From an uncultured Bacilli bacterium (GTDB lineage: Bacteria; Bacillota_I; Bacilli_A; RF39; UBA660), in contig CANRDF010000001.1 in assembly GCA_947629255.1 (NCBI GenBank), positions 758 through 64,757 of the forward strand: 64,000 bases of DNA, given 5' to 3'. Position 1 is the stretch's first letter. Every line of letters starts with the position of its first letter. This document shows, piece after piece, positions 18,715 through 29,851 of this stretch. Made by a program: the position numbers and the translations under genes. Under the pieces are notes generated by a model. That model saw only the letters and a list, made by a program, of their open reading frames with translations, ran no database searches and was not told where the DNA came from.

Positions 18715-19339
18715 TTTGATTCCCTCCTAACAATATATCACGAATTTGTAACCAACTGACAACTCTTCTTACACCACGTTCTTCGAGTTCTTCTCTTGTA
18801 AACTCACGATTATGTAGATGGTCTAATAAGAGTTTTGTTTCTCCATAACCTTTTAAATTTCCAAACTTATCATCAATTTTAATATCACACATAATCAAAT
18901 CTTTACTTCCTGTTAAAATGATTTTCTTAGGGTCAATAAAAGGTAAGTTCTTTCTAATCCATTCATATTTATATTTTGCCATGATGCTACTTTCATCTAT
19001 TCTTCTTTTATCAACAAAAGCTGAAACAATATAGATATCATACACTTCATTTAATTCTTGAATGACGGAGATGGCATCAGGCAAGGCCTTAGCATGTTCA
19101 TAAACATTAACATTTTGATAAAAATAATCTAAAAACTTTTCACGTTTCTCTTCAGGAATGATATCTTCTACAAAATAGGTTTCGATATCTTCATACTGAT
19201 AATTCGTTCCCATGAATTTATTTACTTCTTCTAAATAACTGGGAGAACATATGGTTTCATCTAAATCAATCATCAACTTCTTCTTCATGTTAAGCTCCCT
19301 GATACTCATCCAATAATTTTTTATAGATACCTGGTTCAA
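18701..19339 (-). CDS. HAD-superfamily 5-prime(3-prime)-deoxyribonucleotidase-like hydrolase
   Basis: DxD motif LMIDLDETI at the N-terminus. Confidence 0.5.
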   Translation of the reverse strand: MNQVSIKNYWMSIRELNMKKKLMIDLDETICSPSYLEEVNKFMGTNYQYEDIETYFVEDIIPEEKREKFLDYFYQNVNVYEHAKALPDAISVIQELNEVYDIYIVSAFVDKRRIDESSIMAKYKYEWIRKNLPFIDPKKIILTGSKDLIMCDIKIDDKFGNLKGYGETKLLLDHLHNREFTREELEERGVRRVVSWLQIRDILLGGNQNDLS

Positions 19340-21020
19340 TCACATTAATCGCATGAATGGCTTGTTCTAAAGAATTTTTAAAATCGCCATGATAAAAAGA
19401 CACTTCTGCTTTAGATAGTCCAATATCCACTTCTTTATTGACTGGTCTATAACGATTTCCATAAACAATTGCTGTCTCAGCCATTTTGGCGGTTTTTACA
19501 ATTTCTTTGGTTGTATTATAAACTTTTAAAACTAAGTCTCTTGCCGTATCCACTCTTGTATTTAATACCTTAATTGAAATTGGTGTTTTCTCTAGTTCAG
19601 CAACCATATTTTGAATGGCTTCCGTAGCTTCACCAAGTTCCACAAAGTAATGCTCAGGAACGACTGGTAATTTGAAAGACTTAATTCCCATTTTAGCTTT
19701 TCCTAAAATATCTTTCATTTCAGTAAGTTGTTCTCTTGCTCTAATCTCATCTTCTTTTAAACTGCCAAGTGTTCTTAAAGCGACATCTAATTTTTCTTCT
19801 GTTCTTCCCACTTTAATATTCAAAAGTTCCATTTCTTTTCCTAAATGAGAATAAGAATTTTTCTTTGTTCTTCCATCTTCCACAATGTCATCATATTCCC
19901 CATGTTCACTAGCAAGTTCTTCTTTAATTTGGAAAACGACTTCCACATCTTCATCATTTAAGTCATAACTATATTTGATATCTTTCAGTTTCTTTAATAA
20001 AGCATTGTTGATTTTTGTAAGTTTTGTAATCTTAATTAAAATACTTCTTGTATAATCTCCATAAATCTTACGGGCAATTTTTTCTTTATCAAAATCATTA
20101 TAAATAGAATCAAAATAATCTAACATCGTTTTGAGTTCAAAGATGGAGTCTTCAATATTTAAAACATTTAATCGTTGGAAAATCTCGGTAATCTTTTTAC
20201 TAGACTCGGTAACATTATAAGGAATATTTAGATAATCTAAGTTGTATCCTTCCCCTTCCATTTTCTTAGAAATCGCGGTGATGTCAGCGATTCTTTTAGG
20301 AATGACATTTTTTCCTAACATAATAATGGTTGGAGCTTCTTCAATCACGAGTTTTAAATTGCCTATTAAATCATCAATGGCTTTCACAATCTTACTCACT
20401 TCTTGATATGACTTCTTCTCCATTAAAGTTTCAAAAGTTCCAAATAGTTTATCAACGTTTTCAAATTGAAGTTCTAAAGGTCCACTTACTAAAGTGTATT
20501 CTGTTTTCTTACTTTGATATTTTTGCAAAATCTCTCTGTAATTTGCTTTTAACTTCGTAATGGTATCCCGATTCTTTTCTTCACTTAATGTAATCTCTTT
20601 AATTTCATCAAGTAAATAATTGGCTTTCGTTTTGACATAGTAAAGCTCAAGTTCTATTGCCGATAGTTTTTCTTTTAATTCTTTATAGTTTTGTCCAGCA
20701 TATAAGTCTTCTGCTTCTAAAAGTTCATCAGTCACTTTTGGAACATCTACTTCTTTAATGGATTTAAACTTATCTTGCCATACTTTTAAAGAATCTTTCA
20801 TATCACTATCTTGTACAAGAGGCTCCACTTTATTTAATTCAGCAATTAAATTCGCTGATACCACTAAATTTTTATCTCTTTCTAATTCATCAATTTCTTT
20901 TCGATAATTCTTTTTATTTTTATGATTTAACAATACTAAAACACCAATGATACTTGCAATCGTTATCACATAATATAAAATTCCTAGAATGATAAGCAAT
21001 TCTTTACTCATCATAACCAC
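19290..21020 (-). CDS. ezrA: septation ring formation regulator EzrA
   Basis: 576 aa with an N-terminal TM anchor and a long coiled-coil remainder. Synteny with the cysteine desulfurase. Confidence 0.7.
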   Translation of the reverse strand: MVMMSKELLIILGILYYVITIASIIGVLVLLNHKNKKNYRKEIDELERDKNLVVSANLIAELNKVEPLVQDSDMKDSLKVWQDKFKSIKEVDVPKVTDELLEAEDLYAGQNYKELKEKLSAIELELYYVKTKANYLLDEIKEITLSEEKNRDTITKLKANYREILQKYQSKKTEYTLVSGPLELQFENVDKLFGTFETLMEKKSYQEVSKIVKAIDDLIGNLKLVIEEAPTIIMLGKNVIPKRIADITAISKKMEGEGYNLDYLNIPYNVTESSKKITEIFQRLNVLNIEDSIFELKTMLDYFDSIYNDFDKEKIARKIYGDYTRSILIKITKLTKINNALLKKLKDIKYSYDLNDEDVEVVFQIKEELASEHGEYDDIVEDGRTKKNSYSHLGKEMELLNIKVGRTEEKLDVALRTLGSLKEDEIRAREQLTEMKDILGKAKMGIKSFKLPVVPEHYFVELGEATEAIQNMVAELEKTPISIKVLNTRVDTARDLVLKVYNTTKEIVKTAKMAETAIVYGNRYRPVNKEVDIGLSKAEVSFYHGDFKNSLEQAIHAINVIEPGIYKKLLDEYQGA

Positions 21021-21108
21021 CTTATCCTCATAAAACTATTTTATCATATTTTATGAATTAAAAAAGACTTTTTTCGACAAAATACGTGATTTCCTAGAAA
21101 TATATTTT

Positions 21109-24100
21109 TTAAGATTTGACACTTTTACTTTTCTTATGCATCCATTTATCGAAGAATGCGAGTAGCTCTGGAAGTAGTAAAACCGTAAGAATCGTAGAGC
21201 ATATTGTTCCTTCGGATATAGTAATACAAATTTTAGAAGTCACTGCAGAGCCAATAAAACCAACAACTAAAGTGACAAGCGTGAGTATCGAAGAACTTGT
21301 AAGAATGGTGTGAATTGATTTTTGATATGCTTCGATAAGAGAGTCTTTGACAGAATACTCCTTTCTTGCTTCTAAATAATAGGAAGAATAAAGAATCGCA
21401 TAGTCAATGGTCGCACCCATCAAAATACTTTGGACAATGAGTAAGGAAATAAAGTACACACTTCCACTGAATGATAAAATTCCCATTGTCATATAAACCG
21501 CAGTTTGAATTAATAAAACAAGTAGAATTGGTAAAAAGAATTTTTTAAATGTAAATAGAACAACCACAAAAATAAATAAAATGGTTAAAATCGTGATAAA
21601 GTTTAATTCAGCTGGAAAGCTTTCATTCATTTCATAAGCCATAGAAGAGTCGCCAATCACATAAACTTCTTTGTCCTTCCAATCCGTCTTTAGTTGTTTT
21701 ATCCAATCAAAAGTTTCTGTTGTTTCTAATGGATAATGAGTATTTAAAACAACTCTTGAGTATTTATCTCCAACTAAAAGGTCTCTTGCATCTTGAATGG
21801 TATCTTTAGAATCTAAGATATCTTGTTTTCTTTCCTCATTTATAAAATCTTTGAAACGAGAGTCTGCTAAAATTTCTTCATTTAAGTAACGAACAAATTC
21901 CTCTAAGGTAAGTGTATAAGATTCATTATAAGTTTTATCACTTCCATAATAAATGTAGAGTAAGTCAATAAAATCTTTTGTCACATCTTGAGATAATACA
22001 GAAACTTTCTCATAAAGTTCATCTTTCGTGTAAGCGGTTTTTGTCTTTGCATCATTTATAAGGCTTTTCACAATATTTAATTTTTGTCTTTTTTCATTTG
22101 TAATCTCACTTGAATCCACATCATTTAATAAAAATGTTACAAAGTTCTGATAAGAAATTTGGACACTCGTTTTTCTTACATCAATATCATATTTAGATAC
22201 CAAAGCCTTCATTTGGGATACAGGCACAGAAAAAAGATTTGAGAGCTCACTTACTGTATAACTTTTATTTTCTAAAACACCATTCACAACTTCATTTAAT
22301 AAACGAATCGATGACTTTTGAGTTTCGTTCATCTCATTTTTTAATGTTTCCCCATCAAGGTTAGTGGATAAAAAGTTTAAAAACTCTTTAAGTGAAGTTT
22401 TAACACTTCCCTCATTTAACAAATAAAGAGCATAAATGTTTTTAGTCATTCCTTCATCCATTTGAAAAATGTTCGCTATCTCTTGATAAGAATAAGAAGT
22501 TTTAGAAAGAGTACTAGACATCATGAAATAAACTTTTTGAAGCATTTCATTTGGACTCACTTCATTCAAGTAACTCACAAGTTCATAAGGAGATACAGTC
22601 CAATTCTTCGATTCCCCACTTGCTTCTTCCATCAAAGTGTATAAAGTAAGTACGTCATTTCCATCTCTTTGTAAGAAACTTTGTATTTCCCTAGCTTGAT
22701 ATTTTGTTTCATCTTGAAGAAGTTCTGGATGAGCTTCAAATAAGTTCTTCCATTCTGTAAATGTTGAGTCATCAACATACCCTGCTTGCTCTAAAGTTTG
22801 CACTCCCATATAAATTTCTTTCCAAGAATAGGCTTTTCCATGGTCATGACTTAAAAAGTAACCTAGATAAGCCTGATGAATTTCTTCTTTATTTTGATGC
22901 AAGTATAAAGCCATTTCATCTTCTTTGATAGGTTTCTGTATTTTTTCCACTTCCGAATATTCTTTTAAGAGAATGATATTCTGTTTTTCCTCTTCACTTA
23001 AAGAGGAAGCATAATTTTCATTTGTTAAAATATTATCGGTTAAAAACGTCATAAAATCTGGTAAAAGAATTTTTTCTTCTCGTTCTGTTTGAGTCAAATA
23101 ATAAAGATATAAAGAATGCATGCTACTCTCATCTATTCCTAAATTTTTTGATAGTTCTTGTTCTGCCTTTTTTTCTGTAAGTAATGTTTTATCTAAATAT
23201 TTTGTTAGTGGTTCAAGCTCTTTCGAGTAATCTTTTGCATAAGACAAGAACTCTTGTAATGTCACTTTTGGTAAAGTTTGTTTCGAATGATATAAAGTGA
23301 ATAAATCTTTTACTGTTTCTCCATTTAATTCAAACATGTTTGCTATCTCATTTACGGAACGTAACTTCGTATTTTGAGTAATAAGTGCCTCTAGTCGATC
23401 AATATTTGCTTTCATGGCTGGTGTCACATGAGAATCCATGGATTCATTAGAATAAACTCTCTCTTTAATAAATTGAATAAAATCTTCTACAGGTATTTTG
23501 TTTTGTTCCTCCTTATTATAATAGTGATAATAAACAATTTTTAAAAGATATTCTTCCACAATTTTATCATCTAATTCTTTTAGTTTATCTTGCATAACAA
23601 GGACTGTGTAAGGATGATTTAACATGGATCCATAGCATAACACATCTTGAATTCTTTCATTTTCTTCTAAAAAATTACAATAAGCACTCATTTCATTTTC
23701 TAAATCATTAGAATAAAGAAGTGCAATTTGGTTGTTGACTGGAAAAACTTGTTCCACTGCATTGGTATCTGAATCTGTATATAAAATCTGTAAATTTCCT
23801 TTTAAAAGAAAACTACCCACAAAAATAAGAAGAAATAAACAGACTCCAATCACACGATGACGATAGGCAAAAGCCCCTAACTTTTCTAAATGAAAGACAG
23901 GACTTTTTTTCTTAGTTTTAGTAATCCATGTATCAAAAGTAAGAAGTAAAAAGGGAAGACATGTAAAAATGGCAATTAAACTAAACAAAACACCTTTAGC
24001 AAGAACGAGTCCTAAATCTTTTCCAATGGTAAAACTCATGAAGACTAAAGCAAGTAAACCAACAATCGTTGTAATAGAACTACTGGAAATCGTTAAAAAG

Positions 24101-24873
24101 GAATCTTTTAAAGCATTTTTCATCGCGGTTACTTTATCACTTGTTTTTTCCTTTTCTTCTTTATAACGGTTCATAAGCATAATCGAATAGTCCATGGAAA
24201 GAGCAAGTTGTAAAATCGCTACGATAGAATTGGTAATACTAGAAATCGATGGAAAGAAAATATTCGTTCCTTTATTTAATAACACAGCCATTAAAATAGC
24301 AATTAAAAATAGAATTGGTTCTAAATAAGAATCACATAGTAAAATGAGAATGATTAATGCGCAGAAAATGGCTAAAGCGACAATCCAAGTGGGTAAAACC
24401 ACTTTGTATTCTTCATAAACATCGCCACTCATCGCAATATCATATTCTTTATAAGTTTGACTGACTTCTTCAAAAACACTTTTCGATACAGAAGAGTCCT
24501 TTGGTTCATCAATGGTGAGTGTAAATAATGTATATCCGTCTTTGTTGTAATCTTCAGTAGTATCATACTCTACTGTCACATGTTCTATTTCTTCTAAATG
24601 ACTCATAATCTCTGTTTTTTCTGTATCCGTTAACTCATGAAACATGACATTTAAAGTACTACTATCACTTGGAAATTCTTGATCCATCAAATCCTTTCCT
24701 ATATGTGTCTCTGAAGTCTCAGGTAAATACTTCATAATGTCACGATTGATATTCACTTTACTCGATAAAAAGGCACAGAAAAGACAAAGCAAGACAAAGA
24801 AAGAAAATACATACCCTCTTTTCTCGACAATAAAATCAGTTATTTTTTTCATAAGCCTCTTCCTTTCAAACAA
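21109..24873 (-). CDS. MMPL/RND-superfamily membrane exporter
   Basis: 1254 aa with two TM clusters (~150-330 and ~1060-1230) around large extracytoplasmic domains. Divergent from a TetR regulator. Confidence 0.65.
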   Translation of the reverse strand: MFERKRLMKKITDFIVEKRGYVFSFFVLLCLFCAFLSSKVNINRDIMKYLPETSETHIGKDLMDQEFPSDSSTLNVMFHELTDTEKTEIMSHLEEIEHVTVEYDTTEDYNKDGYTLFTLTIDEPKDSSVSKSVFEEVSQTYKEYDIAMSGDVYEEYKVVLPTWIVALAIFCALIILILLCDSYLEPILFLIAILMAVLLNKGTNIFFPSISSITNSIVAILQLALSMDYSIMLMNRYKEEKEKTSDKVTAMKNALKDSFLTISSSSITTIVGLLALVFMSFTIGKDLGLVLAKGVLFSLIAIFTCLPFLLLTFDTWITKTKKKSPVFHLEKLGAFAYRHRVIGVCLFLLIFVGSFLLKGNLQILYTDSDTNAVEQVFPVNNQIALLYSNDLENEMSAYCNFLEENERIQDVLCYGSMLNHPYTVLVMQDKLKELDDKIVEEYLLKIVYYHYYNKEEQNKIPVEDFIQFIKERVYSNESMDSHVTPAMKANIDRLEALITQNTKLRSVNEIANMFELNGETVKDLFTLYHSKQTLPKVTLQEFLSYAKDYSKELEPLTKYLDKTLLTEKKAEQELSKNLGIDESSMHSLYLYYLTQTEREEKILLPDFMTFLTDNILTNENYASSLSEEEKQNIILLKEYSEVEKIQKPIKEDEMALYLHQNKEEIHQAYLGYFLSHDHGKAYSWKEIYMGVQTLEQAGYVDDSTFTEWKNLFEAHPELLQDETKYQAREIQSFLQRDGNDVLTLYTLMEEASGESKNWTVSPYELVSYLNEVSPNEMLQKVYFMMSSTLSKTSYSYQEIANIFQMDEGMTKNIYALYLLNEGSVKTSLKEFLNFLSTNLDGETLKNEMNETQKSSIRLLNEVVNGVLENKSYTVSELSNLFSVPVSQMKALVSKYDIDVRKTSVQISYQNFVTFLLNDVDSSEITNEKRQKLNIVKSLINDAKTKTAYTKDELYEKVSVLSQDVTKDFIDLLYIYYGSDKTYNESYTLTLEEFVRYLNEEILADSRFKDFINEERKQDILDSKDTIQDARDLLVGDKYSRVVLNTHYPLETTETFDWIKQLKTDWKDKEVYVIGDSSMAYEMNESFPAELNFITILTILFIFVVVLFTFKKFFLPILLVLLIQTAVYMTMGILSFSGSVYFISLLIVQSILMGATIDYAILYSSYYLEARKEYSVKDSLIEAYQKSIHTILTSSSILTLVTLVVGFIGSAVTSKICITISEGTICSTILTVLLLPELLAFFDKWMHKKSKSVKS

Positions 24874-24998
24874 AAATCTAATTTATTTTACGAGAATCTA
24901 TAGAAAAAAGACACGACAAATAAGAGTACATTGTATAAATTTAGACAATGTTTATTTTTTTGTTAAAATATGTTATGATAATTCCCGGAAGTGAGATT

Positions 24999-25538
24999 AT
25001 GAAATTACAAGGAACCAATCGTTCTTCGAAAAAAACAATCGAACTGATTAAAAAAACTTTTGCCGAACTCATTGAAGAGAAAAAAGAAATTCATTCTATC
25101 ACCGTTACGGAACTTACGAAACGAGCGGATATTACAAGAGGAACTTTCTACTCTCATTTTGATAGTATCTATGAAGTTGCATCAGAATTAGAAAGTGAAA
25201 TCTCAGAGCAAATTTTCCATTCGATGACTACCATTCAAAACATGGAAGATATGAAAGAATACATTTGTAATATTTTTAAGTATATTAAAGAAAATGAAAA
25301 TATGTATTTCAAACTTTTAAATGCCGAGAACTCTATGCATTTTACCAACCGTTTATCTAAAAAAATTGTGAGTGTTTTAAAACAGAATTTTACTTCTTCT
25401 CCAACCCTCAACATTTATTTTTTTACAGATGGCACTTTAGAACTCATTATTCGTTATTTTAAAAAAGAAATTACAGAAGATTTAGATACGATTGAAGCTT
25501 ATGTCATCAAAATGGCCAAATATTTTTTCTTTAAGTAA
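24999..25538 (+). CDS. TetR/AcrR-family transcriptional regulator
   Basis: N-terminal HTH ITVTELTKRADITRGTFYSHF. Start set at MKLQGT with RBS GGAAGTGAG. Confidence 0.8.
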   Translation: MKLQGTNRSSKKTIELIKKTFAELIEEKKEIHSITVTELTKRADITRGTFYSHFDSIYEVASELESEISEQIFHSMTTIQNMEDMKEYICNIFKYIKENENMYFKLLNAENSMHFTNRLSKKIVSVLKQNFTSSPTLNIYFFTDGTLELIIRYFKKEITEDLDTIEAYVIKMAKYFFFK

Positions 25539-25543
25539 TTTCT

Positions 25544-25999
25544 TTATAAATCTAAGTCTTTTTCTATTTGTTTGATATCTTCTAAAGTTAAAACTTCAGG
25601 ATTATAAAAAATATCAATGAAAACATCTCTGTCATCTTTTTGAGGGTCATAGTTCCCTTCAGCTTTTTCTATTCCTTTTTTCTCAAAAAGCGTGTCGATA
25701 CCTGACATATAACAATATTCACAACACAAATTTTTAATTTCTAATCGGTCACATGCTAGCTTTCCCTCAAAGTGTTTATCAAATGCAAGCAAGACTGATG
25801 GTCCTTTGATATGATTTAAAAACAAATAAATTTCCAACCGAATTCTATATGCACTGATAAGGGATGGTTCATAAGTAACCTCTATTTTTATCGTTTCATT
25901 GTTTTCAATAGACACTTCTTGAATTCCTTCCAAAGATAATAAGTAACTTTGAAGTTCTTGATGTCCCCAACTATGCAATACAAATGTGACTTTTGCCAT
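25544..25999 (-). CDS. hypothetical protein
   Basis: 151-aa ORF with a CCEYC motif. No family recognised. Confidence 0.35.
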   Translation of the reverse strand: MAKVTFVLHSWGHQELQSYLLSLEGIQEVSIENNETIKIEVTYEPSLISAYRIRLEIYLFLNHIKGPSVLLAFDKHFEGKLACDRLEIKNLCCEYCYMSGIDTLFEKKGIEKAEGNYDPQKDDRDVFIDIFYNPEVLTLEDIKQIEKDLDL

Positions 26000-26289
26000 A
26001 TAGAATCACTCCTTCCCTTCTTTATAAAAGGTGAATTAAAGATATGGTGGTTTATACTTATCATATTGAATAGAATAAATATCTCTTTTTCTTCAAAATA
26101 TTCATCAGTCCTATTATATCACTTATTTTCTTAAGAATCTTTATTTTTCATAAATTGTTCATATTTTAAATTTTCACGTTTTAAATTTTGAAATTTTCAA
26201 AATTTTCAAAATTTGACTTTTTTTTAGGGTCATATTATACAATAGTATTATGTTTTTGTGATAATTTTAATTGATAAGGAAGTGAAAAA

Positions 26290-26969
26290 ATGAAAAATGA
26301 ACAGATTATATATATTTCTTTAGATGATAGTGGAAAACTTAATAATAATGAAAAATATTTAGTTTATGCAGGTTTGGTTTTTACTAATAAACAAGAATTA
26401 GAAAAATTTAAAGCCACTTATAAAGAAATCAGAAACCAAATTGCTTCAAAAAAAATATATAAAAATATTAGTGAACTTAAAGGATTTATAGATTAAGATT
26501 TTTAAGATTTATTTATAAATATGATACTGTAGGATTAATTGTAGATAATTCTCAAATAACGAAACAAGATATTTTATTTAGTAAAGATGCCAGAGGAAGA
26601 TATAAAGATTATATTATAAAATCATTAATAAAAGAAATTGTTGTTCATTTAATAAATGATAAAAAAATCAATCCATATCAACCAGTTGTTTTAATTATAA
26701 ATATGGACCAAGAAAGTGCAAAAACAAATGGAAGATACAAATTGGACGAAGGAATATATGAAGAATTAGTAAAAGGAATTGTAAATTTCAACTATGGTAC
26801 TAAAACAACTCCTATATTATTTAGCTCTTTGGTAGTTAAAATCTATACTCAAAACTCAAAAGATAGTATTATAATTCAAGCATCAGATATTATCGCAAAT
26901 AATATTTGGAGAACCATGATGAGAAATAACAAAGTAGCAGGAATTAATATAATAAAATATTTTCCATAA
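26290..26969 (+). pseudogene. DUF3800-like gene disrupted by a frameshift
   Basis: N-terminus IYISLDDSGKL is DUF3800-like. The frame-1 ORF ends at 26496; frame 0 is open from 26481 to 26969. That is a single-nucleotide indel signature in 26481-26496. Confidence 0.45.
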
Positions 26970-27162
26970 AAAAAGTGGATTGCTCCACTTCCCAGTTTAT
27001 GTGGTGTATATACATACACTTAGTCCACAGACCAACATAAATCTGTCCACCTTGACAAAGCACAAAGTGCTCTCGGTACAAACAATATATCAAAAAATAT
27101 ATTATTTGTCAAATATAGCATATGCAAAAATTTGTATAATATGTATTATTTATTAAAATAAA

Positions 27163-27190
27163 ACAAACCCTTGTAAATAAAGGTTTGTGA
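27163..27190 (-). terminator. terminator downstream of tRNA-Met
   Basis: CAAACCTTTATTTACAAGGGTTTG followed by a U-run on the minus strand. Confidence 0.6.
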
Positions 27191-27198
27191 ATTATCAC

Positions 27199-27275
27199 TG
27201 GTAGCGAGGGTGAGGATCGAACTCACGACCCCACGGGTATGAACCGTGTGCTCTAGCCAGCTGAGCTATCTCGCC
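27199..27275 (-). tRNA. tRNA-Met (anticodon CAU), elongator-like
   Basis: Cloverleaf folded by hand. Anticodon arm ACGG-UUCAUAC-CCGU identical to the Bacillus elongator tRNA-Met. Encoded CCA. Confidence 0.8.
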
Positions 27276-27335
27276 ATAAGCAAAGCTATTGTATCAAATT
27301 CTTTTTGTTTTGACAACACTTTTTTGCAAAAAAAC

Positions 27336-27701
27336 TTAAATCCAACGTGCAATTCTTATTTTTCTTGTTGAATTTTCTAAATAATTATCAAAAATATGAA
27401 TAATACTTTCCACAATGGCTCTTAATATATCTGTACATGTCTTTTTAACTTTGACATGAACAATCTCAGTTCTTAGTTCTCTACGAAAAGCATAATCATC
27501 CATATAACGACCTATGACATAATCTAAATCACGAATACATTTGACTTCATCACTATTCTGGATATTCGCTTTAAAAATATAATCTTTATAAACTCGAATG
27601 AGTTGTAAACTAATTTTATCATCTTTTGCATATTCAAAATTAACAATACGATTGAAATTTGGGCAATAATTTAAAACTTCTCTATTGTTTTCTACTACCA
27701 T
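27336..27701 (-). CDS. hypothetical protein
   Basis: 121-aa ORF. The perfect palindrome GTATCCTAATATAAGGATAC (27711-27730) lies just upstream. Confidence 0.4.
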   Translation of the reverse strand: MVVENNREVLNYCPNFNRIVNFEYAKDDKISLQLIRVYKDYIFKANIQNSDEVKCIRDLDYVIGRYMDDYAFRRELRTEIVHVKVKKTCTDILRAIVESIIHIFDNYLENSTRKIRIARWI

Positions 27702-27821
27702 ACTGCTTCCCTACCTTCTGTATCCTAATATAAGGATACATCAATTTTCACAAAAAGGCAAGAAAAAATCGGAAAAAAATGGAAAACGTGCTATAATAAA
27801 TTTAGAAAGATTGGGGTTCAT

Positions 27822-28787
27822 ATGAAAAAGAAAAAATTGAAACTTAAAAAGCAAGCTTATTATATTTTTGCAGGAATTGTTGTTATTATTGTTGGAATTG
27901 TTTTGGGAATCAACTATTATAATGATGCAAAATATAAAGAAACGATGGAATATAAACTGATGGAAAAAGGTTATACTCTAGAACAAACTAAGACTTTGCA
28001 AGAAAAATTATCTGAGACAGAATTAACAACCATTTTAGAAAAAGAAAAAAATGATCAAATTTTAGATTTTCTAAATCAAAAATATTTCTTGTTTAAGAAC
28101 TTAGATACTTATATGGAATATGCGGAAGAAGAAGAGGAAGAAGATTTAGCTAAAGTTGTTGCAATCGTAAATGTTCATGCAAATTTAAAATGGTACGAAG
28201 AAGAATATGAGTCGGATACTTCTTTAAATGAACAAATGATAGTAAATAAGTTTTATGCTTTAAAAGAAGATTACACTCCAGAAAATATTTCAGTGATTCC
28301 TCTTACCTATTCTTATGGAGAAGAAGGAGACAATCTTTTAATTGATTATGCCTATGATGAATTTTTAAATTTATGGCAAGCTGCTAAAGAAAAAGGATAT
28401 TATTTAATGGTGACTTCAAGCTACCGAGATTATGCTTCTCAAAAAGAAATCTATGATGACTTAAAAAAATCACAGGGTGAAAAAGCAGCTGAGAGTATCG
28501 CGGCAAGACCAGGACATTCGGAACATCAAACCGGACTTGTAGTAGATATGACAAGTACCACTGCTCCATCAGGAACCGAATTTAAAGACAGCGAAGAATA
28601 TAAATGGTTAAAAGAAAATGCTCATAAATATGGCTTTATTGAAAGATATCCAGAAGGAAAAACATATCTTACAGGTTATGAACCAGAATCATGGCACTGG
28701 CGATATGTAGGAAAAGAAGCCGCGACGACTTGTTATGAAGAACAAATCACTTATGATGAATACTATGCTTATTACATAGAAAAATAG
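27822..28787 (+). CDS. D-alanyl-D-alanine carboxypeptidase, VanY/M15B family, membrane anchored
   Basis: N-terminal TM. Motifs SYRDYASQ and ARPGHSEHQTGLVVD (SxHxxGxAxD). Confidence 0.8.
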   Translation: MKKKKLKLKKQAYYIFAGIVVIIVGIVLGINYYNDAKYKETMEYKLMEKGYTLEQTKTLQEKLSETELTTILEKEKNDQILDFLNQKYFLFKNLDTYMEYAEEEEEEDLAKVVAIVNVHANLKWYEEEYESDTSLNEQMIVNKFYALKEDYTPENISVIPLTYSYGEEGDNLLIDYAYDEFLNLWQAAKEKGYYLMVTSSYRDYASQKEIYDDLKKSQGEKAAESIAARPGHSEHQTGLVVDMTSTTAPSGTEFKDSEEYKWLKENAHKYGFIERYPEGKTYLTGYEPESWHWRYVGKEAATTCYEEQITYDEYYAYYIEK

Positions 28788-28813
28788 AGATTCACAACTA
28801 ATCTCTATTTTAT

Positions 28814-29299
28814 TTATTCAAAAAAACTACTAATGTGCACGGTAGAAAAATTAGAATTCTCCATCACATGATTTAACACACGAACTGTATCATCAATCAT
28901 TACAAAGTATTTGGATTCTAAATCAGGATATTTCTTTTGTATTTTTTTCATCACGTCCAACTTTTCATCATCATGATGAACTAAAAATACATGATTATTT
29001 AAGATTCCATAGTTTTTAGAACAAAAATGAATCTTTTGCTGCAATTCTACATCATTACATCCTTTGGTCACTACATAAACTTTTGACATATCTTTGGTTT
29101 TTAAAAATCTTTGAATAGTTTTGTTTGGTCTCATTTGATCATAGAAATCTGTGGTTTGTAACATTTCATTCCATTTTTCATCATCATAGTAATAATGATT
29201 GTATTCGCCAAGTTCTAAAGGAGCAAGAACTCCATCGACATCAAAGAAATAAATGGTTTGATCACTTTCCCATAGTTCTTTGATTTTACTTTCTACCAT
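28814..29299 (-). CDS. HAD-superfamily 5-prime(3-prime)-deoxyribonucleotidase-like protein
   Basis: YFFDVDGVLA DxDGV motif. Confidence 0.55.
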   Translation of the reverse strand: MVESKIKELWESDQTIYFFDVDGVLAPLELGEYNHYYYDDEKWNEMLQTTDFYDQMRPNKTIQRFLKTKDMSKVYVVTKGCNDVELQQKIHFCSKNYGILNNHVFLVHHDDEKLDVMKKIQKKYPDLESKYFVMIDDTVRVLNHVMENSNFSTVHISSFFE

Positions 29300-29780
29300 A
29301 ATCGTCTCCTACCCTCTGTAATTTCAATACTTCATGATCTTCCTTAGCCATCACTTCTTGTAAATATTCTTTAATATAAGAAAGTCTTTCTACTTGAATA
29401 ATTCTATCAGATTCTGTTTTCACTTCTGGAACCCAAGTATTTAGTAAAAGTTCAAACCAAGAGGCAACTATATGACGATGGCAAAACTTATCTGGTTGTT
29501 CATAACAAAGTAGTACAGAACCATCTAGTTCTTCATAAACTTCTTGAGGATTTAATTTGGATAAAACTTGTTTATAATATTCTTCAATATAATAATGGTT
29601 GTTCTCTTCTTCAGAAATCACTCCAATATTTTCATGCCAAATTTTCCATAAGCCTAATTTAGGTGCTAACTTAGGATAGCACTCTCCTATGTAATTCGCA
29701 TCTTTTCCACGATTTCCAGAAATAGCAACCGGTTTATATTTATTCGAATTCCAATTTTCATGACAACTCGTTAAAATCAT
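29286..29780 (-). CDS. hypothetical protein (DUF488/YeaO-like pattern)
   Basis: Pattern LAPKLGLW...LLCYEQPDKFCHRHIVASW resembles DUF488 proteins. Confidence 0.35.
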   Translation of the reverse strand: MILTSCHENWNSNKYKPVAISGNRGKDANYIGECYPKLAPKLGLWKIWHENIGVISEEENNHYYIEEYYKQVLSKLNPQEVYEELDGSVLLCYEQPDKFCHRHIVASWFELLLNTWVPEVKTESDRIIQVERLSYIKEYLQEVMAKEDHEVLKLQRVGDDYGRK

Positions 29781-29851
29781 TTTTCATCATTCCTTTACTA
29801 CTTCTATTATAACGCGAGAATAATAAAAAAGATTATTTTTTTAAATTTAAT

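Noticed and set aside
26160-26215. Tandem AAATTTTC octamer repeats considered as a CRISPR or iteron array
   Set aside because: Units are too short and there are no spacers. This is more likely an AT-rich promoter/UP-element region.
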